Source: a phage. From it: DNA of 64,000 bases. How positions within the stretch are numbered: position 1 is the stretch's first letter; the number at the start of each line of letters is the position of its first letter. Shown one piece after another: positions 1 to 9,646 of this stretch. The notes under the pieces were generated by a model. It searched no databases. It saw only the letters and a program-made list of their open reading frames with translations, and had not been told where the DNA came from. The stretch lies in assembly GCA_033648345.1 (NCBI GenBank), contig GCA_033648345.1_4121.1; one strand, given 5' to 3'. The position numbers and the translations under genes were made by a program.

Positions 1-17
1 TTGACTATAATTGGACA

Positions 18-749
18 TTAGATAAATCCTCCATTACGTAATAGTTCACCACGCTTAAATGCATTTAGGTTGAACTTTTTAGTCATGTAATCAGATGTTG
101 GTTGTTCTTCAAGTTGAAGCATTACAGATATTTTCTGTGGAACCCATACCTCATCTTGTGGATTCATATATCCAGTACTTCTAAGCTGTTCGAAGAATTT
201 ACGACTATCCATATCAGATAAATTAAAAGTACTATCACTACTATTCAATGGAACCTGAATGTAAGAAACATCATTTGGATATGTAAAATTATATGCTTTC
301 AAAATAACAGGAATATCATTATATGTATAACGACCATACCCACTTAATAGTAAAATTGGCGGTGGTGCACCTGCAATTGCTAGTTCGGGATTATTAGCAG
401 ATGCTGCTTGACGACCAAAGTCCATTAAGGACACGGAACGAATAAAATGAACACAAGCCAATGCATACATTGCTTCAGCAGCAGTGTTCGCATAAAACTC
501 ACCTTGAATAGTGAAAACAGTGTTTGTTGTATTCTTGTAGTTGTTGTAGATACTGTTAGTATGTATAGGGGACTGTGTTTCATATTGAACCGACCTTTGT
601 TCAGTTACAGTTGGGGTTACAGTCCAAACCAAACCATTTGTTGGACGCAGAAACGATAGCAATGTTGGCTCTGAACTGTTGCCAAAATCACCATACACAT
701 AGTTAGCACCTGCGGTTTTAGGTCTTAATCGGATTCTACGATCAATCAT
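18..749 (-). CDS. hypothetical protein, possibly a late-expressed virion (baseplate/tail) component
   Basis: ORF 18..839 trimmed to ATG at 749 preceded by GGAG-type RBS; no recognisable motif; divergent from gp55 gene. Confidence 0.5.
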   Translation of the reverse strand: MIDRRIRLRPKTAGANYVYGDFGNSSEPTLLSFLRPTNGLVWTVTPTVTEQRSVQYETQSPIHTNSIYNNYKNTTNTVFTIQGEFYANTAAEAMYALACVHFIRSVSLMDFGRQAASANNPELAIAGAPPPILLLSGYGRYTYNDIPVILKAYNFTYPNDVSYIQVPLNSSDSTFNLSDMDSRKFFEQLRSTGYMNPQDEVWVPQKISVMLQLEEQPTSDYMTKKFNLNAFKRGELLRNGGFI

Positions 750-793
750 CTTTTTGATTCTCCATAAGAAGGGAACATTTGATGTATTTATAC

Positions 794-823
794 GTGGGAC
801 AAAGACGTTTTTGGTGCTATAAT
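794..823 (+). promoter_or_regulatory. early-type promoter (GTGGGA -35-like, TGnTATAAT extended -10) upstream of gp55
   Basis: gtgggacaaagacgtttttggtgctataat. Confidence 0.5.
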
Positions 824-880
824 AACATTGATGGTACAAGGAATGTACCTATTGGATTTAAAACATGGAGAGTTGAAATA

Positions 881-1720
881 ATGACAAATAGGCCGAAGCG
901 TAAAAAGTATCTTAACAATGCTGATTTACTTCGTGAGATACAAAAAAGTAAAATCTCATATTGCTGGTTACTTGATAAGTGCTACAGTATGTACGATTAT
1001 ATCGTTTTTGATGAATCCGAAATCACAGCAGAACTTTTAGATAAAGCTAAAGCAGCACGTATTAAACGTCTCAACAATGAAATGCTTGATGCAATTCGTG
1101 AAAAAGAAGGTATGAGTGCGAAGAAAGCGAAGGAATACGCAGATGAGCACAATTTAGTACTGACTGATGTACCTATCGATGAGGTGGTTATTCGTGTAAT
1201 TACCGATGAACATATCCCAGCAGATACAAGAGTTAATTTTGAACCATTCAAACATTACATTGTAGATGAAGAAGGTATTCTGTACGAAGTCGTTCGTTCT
1301 CACTGGAAAGGTGATCTTGAAGACGGAGAATTCAGTACTGTTCATGGTAAAATCACTAATGAACTAGGTAAAATGTTCATTAAACTGGCAGAGGAAATCT
1401 CACACAAATCCAACTATAGAAACTATACATATTTGGATGAAATGATGGGTGATGCCAGAATACAATTAGTTAAAAACGCACTTCTCTTTAAAGAGAGTAT
1501 TCTTTACAAAAAAGATAAACCAGCAGTACAGTTGAATCCTTTCTCTTACTATACTTCGTTCGTTAACAATAGTTTCCGTTCTATTCTTAATAGTGAGAAA
1601 AATGTTCGTAACATCCGAGACGATTTACTTGAGATGCATGGTTTTACACCATCACACACTCGTCAAATCGAAATTGAAATGAACATGATTGAAAGGAAAA
1701 ACGAAGATGGCTCTATTTGA
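881..1720 (+). CDS. 55: late-transcription sigma factor gp55-like
   Basis: N-terminus RKKYLNNADLLREIQ resembles T4 gp55 N-terminus (YNYVNNKELLQAI); ATG at 881 with GGAG RBS; lies next to genes 47/46 as in T4; longer than T4 gp55. Confidence 0.7.
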   Translation: MTNRPKRKKYLNNADLLREIQKSKISYCWLLDKCYSMYDYIVFDESEITAELLDKAKAARIKRLNNEMLDAIREKEGMSAKKAKEYADEHNLVLTDVPIDEVVIRVITDEHIPADTRVNFEPFKHYIVDEEGILYEVVRSHWKGDLEDGEFSTVHGKITNELGKMFIKLAEEISHKSNYRNYTYLDEMMGDARIQLVKNALLFKESILYKKDKPAVQLNPFSYYTSFVNNSFRSILNSEKNVRNIRDDLLEMHGFTPSHTRQIEIEMNMIERKNEDGSI

Positions 1721-2738
1721 TAAAGCAATTACATTTACTGATATTCATTTAGGATTAAAGAATAACAGCAAGCAGCACAACGAAGATTGTTTGAACTTCA
1801 TCAAGTTTATGATTGAACTTGCTAAGAAAAATGGTATTACTGTATGCGTGTTTATGGGAGATTACTTCCATAACCGCAGTAATATTAACATTCAAACATT
1901 AAACTATGGTTTACAAATTCTACAATTACTAAATGACAACTTTGATAAGGTTTACTTCTTAGTTGGGAACCATGACATGTATCATAAAAATAAACGTGAC
2001 ATTACTAGTATTAATATGGCACAAGTTTATGAGAACATCGAGTTCATTAATGAAATCACAACATTTGATGATTGTACTTTCATTCCATTTATGATTGAAG
2101 ATGAATACAAAGTTCTACCTCAACTTAAAAGCAAGTATGTTTTTGGTCACTTAGAGTTACCTGGCTACTTGCTTAATAAAATGGTTGAGATGCCAGATCA
2201 TGGTAAAGAGACTGAAGGTTCTTTTGGTGGTTGTGAGTATGTTTTTAGTGGACATTTCCATAAGAGACAAGCAAAAACAACATCAAAAGGAACTCGTGTA
2301 ATTTACACAGGTAACTGTTTCCCACATAACTTTTCTGATACTTGGGATGATGCAAGAGGTGTGATGATTTTAGAACATGGCAAAGAACCAACTTTCCATT
2401 CTTGGTCAGAAGCACCAAAATATAGAACATTTACACTTTCAGAACTATTAACAGATCCAAGTTATTATCTTCAAGACAATACTATTTCAAAGGTTCAAGT
2501 TGATATTGCTATCACTACTGATGAGATTAGTTTTATTCGTGATACTTTTACTAAACTTTATAACATTCGTGAGTTTAACGTTGTTACTAGCAAGCAAAGT
2601 ATCAAAGAACTTATTGAAGATGGTGAAAGCTTTGAAAGTACTGAGTCAGTTGATGAGATTGTGTTACAACAAATCATGGAAATTGATTCACCTATGTTCG
2701 ATAAAAATCTTCTAATCCAAATTTACAGATCACTATAA
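1707..2738 (+). CDS. 47: recombination endonuclease subunit gp47 (Mre11/SbcD-like phosphoesterase)
   Basis: Phosphoesterase motifs (TDIHLG, GDYFH, GNHD, GHFH); ATG at 1707 with AAGGA RBS; listed ORF start 1689 is a TTG. Confidence 0.85.
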   Translation: MALFDKAITFTDIHLGLKNNSKQHNEDCLNFIKFMIELAKKNGITVCVFMGDYFHNRSNINIQTLNYGLQILQLLNDNFDKVYFLVGNHDMYHKNKRDITSINMAQVYENIEFINEITTFDDCTFIPFMIEDEYKVLPQLKSKYVFGHLELPGYLLNKMVEMPDHGKETEGSFGGCEYVFSGHFHKRQAKTTSKGTRVIYTGNCFPHNFSDTWDDARGVMILEHGKEPTFHSWSEAPKYRTFTLSELLTDPSYYLQDNTISKVQVDIAITTDEISFIRDTFTKLYNIREFNVVTSKQSIKELIEDGESFESTESVDEIVLQQIMEIDSPMFDKNLLIQIYRSL

Positions 2739-2750
2739 GGGAAATTTATT

Positions 2751-4898
2751 GTGCTAAACATTACACGTATATCAATGAGGAACTTCTTTTCATTTGGCAA
2801 TGCACCACAAGTAATTGATTTGTCTGGTGCTGATATATCGTTAGTTCTTGGTCAAAACAATGATGCAGTTATTGAAGGTGGTGATAGTTCCGGTCGCCGT
2901 AATGGTGTTGGTAAAAGTGCCATCATTCAAGGTTTAGTTTTTGGTTTGTTTGGAAAAAGTATTGGTAACGATATCAAAATTCCAAACTTAGTTAATAAAA
3001 CTAATGCTAAAAACTGTGAAGTATCTGTTGAGTTCGAGAAAGATGGTGTACAATATCTCGTCGAGCGTGGGAGAAGTCCCACGTATTTCAACTTTATTAC
3101 ATTAGGTAAAGATAATAAGGTCGAAGATGAGTCAAGAGGGGAGAAGAAAGATACACAAGAAGATCTAAACGAGATTCTTGGGATTTCTCAACTACTATTT
3201 GAACATATTGTAGTACTTAATGCTAACGTAGAGCCGTTTCTTGCATTATCATCACAGAAACAACGTGATATGATTGAGGAACTTCTGGGTATCACACAAT
3301 TAACAGAGAAAGCTGAACTATTAAAGGATATGTATAAAGATTCTAAACGTTTAGCTGAACAAGAAAAGTTCAAAATTGAAACTGTGGCTGCAAGTAATGA
3401 ACGTATTCAAAAAAGTATTGAATCATTACAAGAACAAGCTAACCAATTTGAGATTGATAAAAATAATAGAGTATCTAAGTTGACTGAAGAATTGAATATC
3501 TACAAAACTTTAGACTTCAACGATCTCTATGATTTGGCAGAAGTGAAAGAGAAAGCTCTTATTCATAATGCTGCTCGTGATCAAATAGAAAGACGTGTAC
3601 AAGAGTTAGCTTTGAAGTATGATGCATATGACCGTGAACTGGCAACAGCAAAATTAGCATTAAATGTAAGTATTGATAAGCTAAAAACTATTGATATCAG
3701 TACTGAATTAGAAAATCACAATGAGTTGGAGATATGGAAACAGTTGGAGGGTATTCTAAAAGAGAATAATAACCAAAAACGTTTCAAAGAACAAAAACTT
3801 AACGCATTAAAGGTGGCTTTAAATGGTCATGAGAGTTCGTTACGTGCTGAGGTGGACAAATTAGCAACAGTGGAGAGTAGTAAATGTCCACTTTGTATGT
3901 CCGAATTAGAACATAATGAACATACTTCGTCTATTAAAGATAAAATTCAAAATACTATTAATGAACTTCAATCGAAAATTGATAGTTCCACTTCTGAAAT
4001 TGAAACATTACTTCAGGAAATTGATAGTATTGAGATTTTTGATATGCCACCTAAGCCTGTGACATTCTATTCTACACTAACTGAAGCACAAATGCATGAG
4101 CATAAGCTTCAAGAACTTATTAAAAAGAGTGAAGAAGAGCAAATTAACATCTATGCTAATGAACTTATGTCATCATATGAAGAACTGAACGCACATGTTC
4201 TTCAAGAAGTACCAGATACATTGAATAAATCTGAAGTAAAAGAGTTAGAAATGACAGTAACTTCATTATCACAGCAATTAGATCGTGAATTGAAAACTAC
4301 TAACACATTTATTGGACAAATTAATACACTTACGACCGATTCATTAGTACCAATCGACTATAGTGACTATAATAACCTTGATAAGATGGCAAATCACCAA
4401 GATTTCTTGGTTAAATTGTTGTTAAACAAGGATTCTTATGTCCGTAAGCGTATTATTGAACAAAACATTTCGTATCTGAATACACGTCTTCAATATTACA
4501 TTGATATGTGTGGTTCTGAACATAATGTTGTGTTCTTGAATGATTTGAGTGTAGAAATTGAGAAAAGTGGTCAGTACTTTGACTATAAACAGCTTAGTCG
4601 TGGTGAGCGTACAAGGGTAAACATTGCTTTATCTTGTGCTTTCCGTGATACATATGAGTCATTGTATCAAAGTATCAATATTCTTATCATTGATGAGATG
4701 ATTGACCAAGGTCTTGATTCAAGTGGTGTTCTTCGCGTGTGGTCTATCTTCCAAGATATGGCTGCTGTGCGTGGTAAGAATGTATATGCCATTTCTCACA
4801 GAGAAGAATTGCTTTCTAAGACTGAGAAAATCCTAAAAGTAGTTAAAGAGGATGGTTTCAGTACTGTTGAGTATACAACTCTTGATGATGTATTCTAA
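2751..4898 (+). CDS. 46: recombination endonuclease subunit gp46 (Rad50/SbcC-like ATPase)
   Basis: N-terminal P-loop GRRNGVGKS, long coiled-coil middle, C-terminal signature region (LSRGERTR, LIIDEM); GTG start supported by alignment to T4 gp46 N-terminus. Confidence 0.85.
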   Translation: MLNITRISMRNFFSFGNAPQVIDLSGADISLVLGQNNDAVIEGGDSSGRRNGVGKSAIIQGLVFGLFGKSIGNDIKIPNLVNKTNAKNCEVSVEFEKDGVQYLVERGRSPTYFNFITLGKDNKVEDESRGEKKDTQEDLNEILGISQLLFEHIVVLNANVEPFLALSSQKQRDMIEELLGITQLTEKAELLKDMYKDSKRLAEQEKFKIETVAASNERIQKSIESLQEQANQFEIDKNNRVSKLTEELNIYKTLDFNDLYDLAEVKEKALIHNAARDQIERRVQELALKYDAYDRELATAKLALNVSIDKLKTIDISTELENHNELEIWKQLEGILKENNNQKRFKEQKLNALKVALNGHESSLRAEVDKLATVESSKCPLCMSELEHNEHTSSIKDKIQNTINELQSKIDSSTSEIETLLQEIDSIEIFDMPPKPVTFYSTLTEAQMHEHKLQELIKKSEEEQINIYANELMSSYEELNAHVLQEVPDTLNKSEVKELEMTVTSLSQQLDRELKTTNTFIGQINTLTTDSLVPIDYSDYNNLDKMANHQDFLVKLLLNKDSYVRKRIIEQNISYLNTRLQYYIDMCGSEHNVVFLNDLSVEIEKSGQYFDYKQLSRGERTRVNIALSCAFRDTYESLYQSINILIIDEMIDQGLDSSGVLRVWSIFQDMAAVRGKNVYAISHREELLSKTEKILKVVKEDGFSTVEYTTLDDVF

Positions 4899-4909
4899 TT
4901 AAAAGGAAA

Positions 4910-4932
4910 GGGAGCCTTAGCTCCCTTTTTTT
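4910..4932. terminator. bidirectional intrinsic terminator between gene 46 and Endo VII-like gene
   Basis: gggagc-ttag-gctccc hairpin flanked by A-run and T-run. Confidence 0.6.
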
Positions 4933-5408
4933 ATATCTACCATATTTAATTTACCTTCCTTGATAAGCTTTCTGGCTTGCTTAACACGAGCAGCATTGTT
5001 TGCACCAGGGATAACACCTAACTCTTCCAGTATTGCATTCTGTTGTCCTGCTGGAAGCCTTTTAAACTTATTCGTATCGATTGTTAGTGCAGTGTGATGT
5101 ATAACTTGCTCATCTTCAGGAATGCTGTTATTACGCTCCAGATAATCCGCAAGATTTCGTAGTACCTCGTATAAGGGTTTATCGGTTAAGTGCTTCATAT
5201 AGCGATTAAAGCTGTTCTGTACTTTACCTTCCCATGCGTTCACTTCGTTCTGGAGAACTTCACGACAGTGTTGATTCTCGAAGTGATAGTGATCAAGTAC
5301 TGGCTTAGTTATTGGTTCCTTAATTATAGGATCAATTCCTTTTTGCTTCTTTAGTAATTCATTTCGATAGTTTGCAGCTTCTTTACTATCTTTTAATCTT
5401 TTCTTCAT
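4917..5408 (-). CDS. endonuclease VII-like (HNH-superfamily) nuclease
   Basis: Core LDHYHFENQ...NAWEGKVQNSFNRY resembles T4 Endo VII (gp49) LDHDHE...NAAEGQMKHKFNRS; late-promoter-like ATAAATA upstream on minus strand; N-terminal Cys pair of T4 Endo VII absent. Confidence 0.45.
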   Translation of the reverse strand: MKKRLKDSKEAANYRNELLKKQKGIDPIIKEPITKPVLDHYHFENQHCREVLQNEVNAWEGKVQNSFNRYMKHLTDKPLYEVLRNLADYLERNNSIPEDEQVIHHTALTIDTNKFKRLPAGQQNAILEELGVIPGANNAARVKQARKLIKEGKLNMVDIKKGS

Positions 5409-5500
5409 AAATCCCCACTAAACTAATTCTTATCAAAATATTTATGCGTTACTTCAATGTTCAAGAATTATGTACTTTTTATAAATTTTTTATCATAATA

Positions 5501-5530
5501 GTGAGACACTTTTGAATTTGGTGCTATAAT
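5501..5530 (+). promoter_or_regulatory. early-type promoter of the ORF-free candidate RNA locus
   Basis: gtgagacacttttgaatttggtgctataat. Confidence 0.5.
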
Positions 5531-5535
5531 GTTAA

Positions 5536-5992
5536 TTGTAGTGATGACAATCCTGTTGAATGCAGAAATGCATATAAATTAGAACCTGATCCTATCGAAA
5601 ATGTAGATGGCAGATGAGCAGTTCAACAGTGCGATGAGCAGAAGAAACCCGTTAGATGTGGGCATAGTTTGAACCCCTCACGGCGACACGGCTCAATAAA
5701 GAACTCCGATAAGCATACAGAGAGTTCCTCGATAGATGTATAAGGATCGCACCTTACCAGATTTGCTAAGGGAGTTTATTAAGTGATTTAATAAACAGCC
5801 TGAAGTTTGATTGTATAGACTTTCAGGTGAGTGTCAGGATGATTAAGACTGACGACCGTTGCACATGACTGCGATAGAGAGAAACAGAGCAACCCGCTTT
5901 CGTTCTTAATGAATTTTAAGAAATTCGCAATACAATAAATGCTGAAACCATCAGCGTCAAGAATTAAGAGACTTAATTGTCTCTTTTTTATT
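5536..5992 (+). ncRNA. candidate structured non-coding RNA (unclassified)
   Basis: ORF-free on both strands, visibly higher G+C than flanks, several stem-loops, bracketed by promoter 5501..5530 and terminator 5967..5991. Confidence 0.3.
5967..5991 (+). terminator. intrinsic terminator ending the candidate RNA locus
   Basis: agagac-ttaatt-gtctct followed by TTTTTTA. Confidence 0.5.
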
Positions 5993-6202
5993 GTCTTCAT
6001 TCCCCTGCGGGGGGATGAAAATGTCTTCAACAAATCCCGTCAAGTATTAAATCTTTTAAAGTTCTTTATAATTAATTATAAGAAATGAATATGAGTTACG
6101 TAGTAACGAATATTCTTCAGCTAACGAATGAAATGAGTTAGATGAGTTCACTATAAAATAATTAATTCCTTTCATAATTCAATTCAATCAATTCTGTAGT
6201 TT

Positions 6203-6233
6203 AAAACCAAAAAAACCAGCAACAATGTGCTGG
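6203..6233 (-). terminator. intrinsic terminator after minus-strand genes 6245..7290
   Basis: ccagca/tgctgg stem with U-tract on minus strand. Confidence 0.5.
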
Positions 6234-6244
6234 CTCCTTGTGAG

Positions 6245-6454
6245 TTAGTGCTTCTCGTTTTGTTTTTTAATTTTCTTATTAAAAGACTTAACTAATAAGT
6301 CTCTATCAATTAGTGGCATATTAAGTAGTGTTCCGTAATCAACACTTTCCATATAAACAGAACACTCCATTAATGCAGTTTTAATATCTGACTTATTCAA
6401 CTCAAATTCCTTAAGTACTTCTTGTATTTCTTCAGGAGATGAGTGGAGAAGCAT
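6245..6454 (-). CDS. hypothetical small protein
   Basis: 69-aa ORF immediately downstream of 6454..7290 on the same strand, followed by a minus-strand terminator. Confidence 0.4.
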   Translation of the reverse strand: MLLHSSPEEIQEVLKEFELNKSDIKTALMECSVYMESVDYGTLLNMPLIDRDLLVKSFNKKIKKQNEKH

Positions 6455-7290
6455 TATGCGAAAAAATGACTTGGGTCATATTTCAGTCCATTAATTTCCC
6501 ATTGATGATTACAGTCACTGCATTCAACTTCCATAGTATGGGAAACACCAATTTCAAGTACTTCATCCATTTTTTCACGAATTATTTTAAGTGTTCCTTT
6601 GGACTGCTGACCTAGCCATTCAGAAATGAATTCATTTTCAGTTACTTCATCACCTTCAGGTGTAATTACCTTAGCAATAACTCCTGCGATCATATCAAAG
6701 TTGAGTTGTGCCATACTTTCAAATACTTCACCAAACACTTTAACTTTTTCTTCCTGCTCCATTTCGGCAGTTTCAAGGAATTTAGTTTTTTGTTGTTCTG
6801 TAAACATTCTTTCTGCGAAGTTAGAATATTCCTTCCAAGTAAGTGGTCTAAACTCTAAACTTAGTCCATTATCCAATTGTACAGTAGGAACTTCACTGAA
6901 AGTTTGTGCTGTTTCTAGTAGATATGATAAGCTACGCTCAAAACGACCTTCTTTGTTACATTCAGGGCATGTCACATTAATATCATATGATTCTTCTTTA
7001 GAAGCTACTTTAATAGCGATAAGTAGTTGCTCTACGTCATTTACATAAAGTTCATCTGCATCAAGTACGTTAGGTACGCAGTTTTCAATAACACGAGCAA
7101 TTGCATCACCATTTAGAAGCATATCTGGTGTATTGAGTGTCATTTCATCACGTGCACTACGAGCACAAATGCCACATTTGATACCTTTAGAGCCAAGAAC
7201 TCCTTCTTTATAAGGAATCACGCCATTTGTGACCAATTTTGTACCAAGTTCTTCAATTTTAGTATACTTAGCTAGTGGGTTCATTGCCAT
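6454..7290 (-). CDS. hypothetical Cys-rich protein with zinc-ribbon-like motifs (possibly baseplate-associated)
   Basis: CxxC pairs CGIC, CPEC and CSDC; start MAMNPL at 7290 with GGAG RBS; divergent late-promoter-like sequences in 7291..7435. Confidence 0.5.
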   Translation of the reverse strand: MAMNPLAKYTKIEELGTKLVTNGVIPYKEGVLGSKGIKCGICARSARDEMTLNTPDMLLNGDAIARVIENCVPNVLDADELYVNDVEQLLIAIKVASKEESYDINVTCPECNKEGRFERSLSYLLETAQTFSEVPTVQLDNGLSLEFRPLTWKEYSNFAERMFTEQQKTKFLETAEMEQEEKVKVFGEVFESMAQLNFDMIAGVIAKVITPEGDEVTENEFISEWLGQQSKGTLKIIREKMDEVLEIGVSHTMEVECSDCNHQWEINGLKYDPSHFFA

Positions 7291-7435
7291 TTTATTAAAT
7301 CTCCATGTAATAAATGTCTTTGTAGTATTTATTACCAAAAAATGGGACAAATTGGACAAATGTTATAGATGGGTCTTTTTTATTCGTTATAGATTCATAA
7401 ATATTTCTATAATACATCTATTAAAAGGGAATGTT

Positions 7436-9634
7436 ATGGCTGTCAATACAAGTGATTACCTACTACAGCAGTTGGTTAATCAAACTAAAGATAACAATGA
7501 TAGTTTGACTGCTATCCGTGAGTTATTAGCTGAAAATATAAAGAATGATAAGAAAAAATCAGGTTCAAATAGTAAAAAGAATGGTTCCAGTTCCAGTTCT
7601 TCCAGTAATCGTGGAAATCGTGGAAGTGCACAAGCCGATGACGGGAAAGCATTTGGTAAATTGTTCAAATCACTATCTTCTGAAGTTTCTAATGTAAGCA
7701 AAACAATGATGAACTCCAGTACCAACGTAAGTACTGTAGTAAACTCATTAGGCGTTAGTGCATCATCATTTGCTGGTTCATTAGCAATGATGCCAGGTCC
7801 AATTGGTGCAGCGGCAGCAGCATTTAAACTCGTTACTGGTGCTGGTCTTGCTGTATATAACGCACTTAATGCACAATTGGAAGTATATACCAGAATTAAC
7901 AGTGCTGGTGTTGCATTGGCTGAAGGTTATGGTTCAGTACTGAAAGGTGCAGGTGCATCTATGTTGAGTATGGATGCATTCAGTGAAGCTCTACAAACAC
8001 ATAGTTCTGTAGTAGCTCAATTGGATGGGGCATATGGTGATGGTGTTGCTACCTTTGGTAAATTATTAGGAACTGTTCAACAAGCTCAAAATGAACTTGG
8101 CCTTTATGGTATTTCTCAAAAAACATTAACTGATTTAACTGCAAGAAACATTAAGTTCCAAAAACAATATGGTGGTCGTGAAGCTCTTCGTAGTATGGAC
8201 CAAGCTAAAAGTACTGAACAATTCATCATGAGCATGACTAAATTCAGTAAAAGCATGGGTGAATCCGTTGATGCATTACTAAACAAAACACAAAACCTAG
8301 ATAAATCACTCGATACGCGTTCTATGCAAATTGCATTGCAGAACTACTCTGGACTATCCAGTAAAGCTGCTGTAGCAACATCTAAGGCGTTCAACGAAGC
8401 TGCGGGTGCAATGGGTGATGCAGGTGCAGATTTCCTCCGTTTGATATCACACAGATTGTCTATTGGTGGCGTACCGGATGACCTACTCACTCCAGTACTG
8501 AACCAGTTCGCTGATTTAGGTGAAAATCTTGTGCGTAGTGGTGTAACTGATTCACAAGAAATTCGTCGCCAACAATTAGAATTCGTTAAAAAGAATAAAG
8601 AATTAATTAAGCAAGATTTGCTTAACCAGATTCAATTAGGAAACACAACTGCTGCAACCTTCTACCAACAACTATTGGATATGGAAGCAACCGTAAATGA
8701 ACCTAAAAATAATCCCGCTGATAAATTAACTCAATTTACTAACCGCTTCAATATGTGGATTAGTAAAGAATTCACTGAACCATTTAATACAATGTATGCT
8801 AATACACAAAATTCAATTGTGGATTATCTTTCAGACATTGCAGACAGAACTGATGGTGCATGGGAGTTTATTGGGGAATTGGCTCTTGATGGATTTGGGT
8901 TAGTACCTATTGCTAAAGATGCAATTGCTTACCTTGATCGTATTGGTGCTGAATTTACAGCTTGGTTGGATGGATTGGGTGCAGATATATTCGGTTCAGG
9001 TTACTCTAAAGTGTCAGAAGCATTTGATACCTTTATGAATAACTTAATGGATTTACCTGGTAACCTATGGAATTCTGTTAAAAGTTGGTTCGGTGGTGGT
9101 TCTGATAATGATATAAAACTCAATAACAGTACTGAAACCCCAGCAGAAAGCGTAAACAACATCATTGACAACGGTGTAAATAGTGTTAGTGATTATTTTG
9201 CAGGGATGTGGGATAAGTTCAACAAATGGAACACCTCACGTAACTACAAAGAACCAAAACCACTACCATCTGATTATGCTGACAGTTTATTCAACCGTCC
9301 AGGAGTAGAACGTATTCGTCCTGTTATTGAAAAAACCAATAACGTTGCTCCAGAAATAACTGTATCTCGTAAAGATTTTGATAAAACTGCATGGGCACCA
9401 GGTGAACCACCAGTTCCACCAAAACCTGACGATACAGAGGCAATTAAGAAGATGATAAATAATGGTAGTGCAGTGACATCGAGAACTGGACCACCAGCAC
9501 CGATTTCTGATGAAATGAAAGAAATACTCAAAAAGCTTGCCGATGTTAATGAACAATCACTATCTGCTGTACAACAGACAAATAATTATCTAAGAACTAT
9601 CTCTGAAAACACCCAAGGTGAGAGAAACAGTTAA
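7436..9634 (+). CDS. putative virion structural protein, possibly tail tape-measure/baseplate hub (gp29-like)
   Basis: 732 aa from ATG 7436 (RBS AAAGGGA); Ser-rich low-complexity N-terminus, Ala/Gly-rich segments; late-promoter-like CATAAATATTTC upstream; sits immediately before portal gene. Confidence 0.4.
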   Translation: MAVNTSDYLLQQLVNQTKDNNDSLTAIRELLAENIKNDKKKSGSNSKKNGSSSSSSSNRGNRGSAQADDGKAFGKLFKSLSSEVSNVSKTMMNSSTNVSTVVNSLGVSASSFAGSLAMMPGPIGAAAAAFKLVTGAGLAVYNALNAQLEVYTRINSAGVALAEGYGSVLKGAGASMLSMDAFSEALQTHSSVVAQLDGAYGDGVATFGKLLGTVQQAQNELGLYGISQKTLTDLTARNIKFQKQYGGREALRSMDQAKSTEQFIMSMTKFSKSMGESVDALLNKTQNLDKSLDTRSMQIALQNYSGLSSKAAVATSKAFNEAAGAMGDAGADFLRLISHRLSIGGVPDDLLTPVLNQFADLGENLVRSGVTDSQEIRRQQLEFVKKNKELIKQDLLNQIQLGNTTAATFYQQLLDMEATVNEPKNNPADKLTQFTNRFNMWISKEFTEPFNTMYANTQNSIVDYLSDIADRTDGAWEFIGELALDGFGLVPIAKDAIAYLDRIGAEFTAWLDGLGADIFGSGYSKVSEAFDTFMNNLMDLPGNLWNSVKSWFGGGSDNDIKLNNSTETPAESVNNIIDNGVNSVSDYFAGMWDKFNKWNTSRNYKEPKPLPSDYADSLFNRPGVERIRPVIEKTNNVAPEITVSRKDFDKTAWAPGEPPVPPKPDDTEAIKKMINNGSAVTSRTGPPAPISDEMKEILKKLADVNEQSLSAVQQTNNYLRTISENTQGERNS

Positions 9635-9646
9635 GGACGAACAATA

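Noticed and set aside
1689-1706. Longer ORF-track starts for gp55 (779), gp47 (1689), 17349 and 55004
   Set aside because: The listed starts are TTG or upstream ATG without RBS (55004 lies inside a terminator hairpin); downstream ATGs with Shine-Dalgarno sequences and homology-supported N-termini were preferred
5630-5670. Hammerhead-like GATGAG...GAAAC motif
   Set aside because: No stem II between the conserved boxes; likely coincidental
5540-6000. Possible tRNA genes or group I intron in the GC-enriched region
   Set aside because: No T-loop (GTTCRANYC) or D-loop signatures and no convincing intron core elements found by eye; left as unclassified candidate RNA
5788-6033. 81-aa minus-strand ORF inside the ORF-free region
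   Set aside because: No RBS, implausible composition, and it overlaps the hairpin/terminator structure; most likely a chance ORF within a non-coding RNA locus
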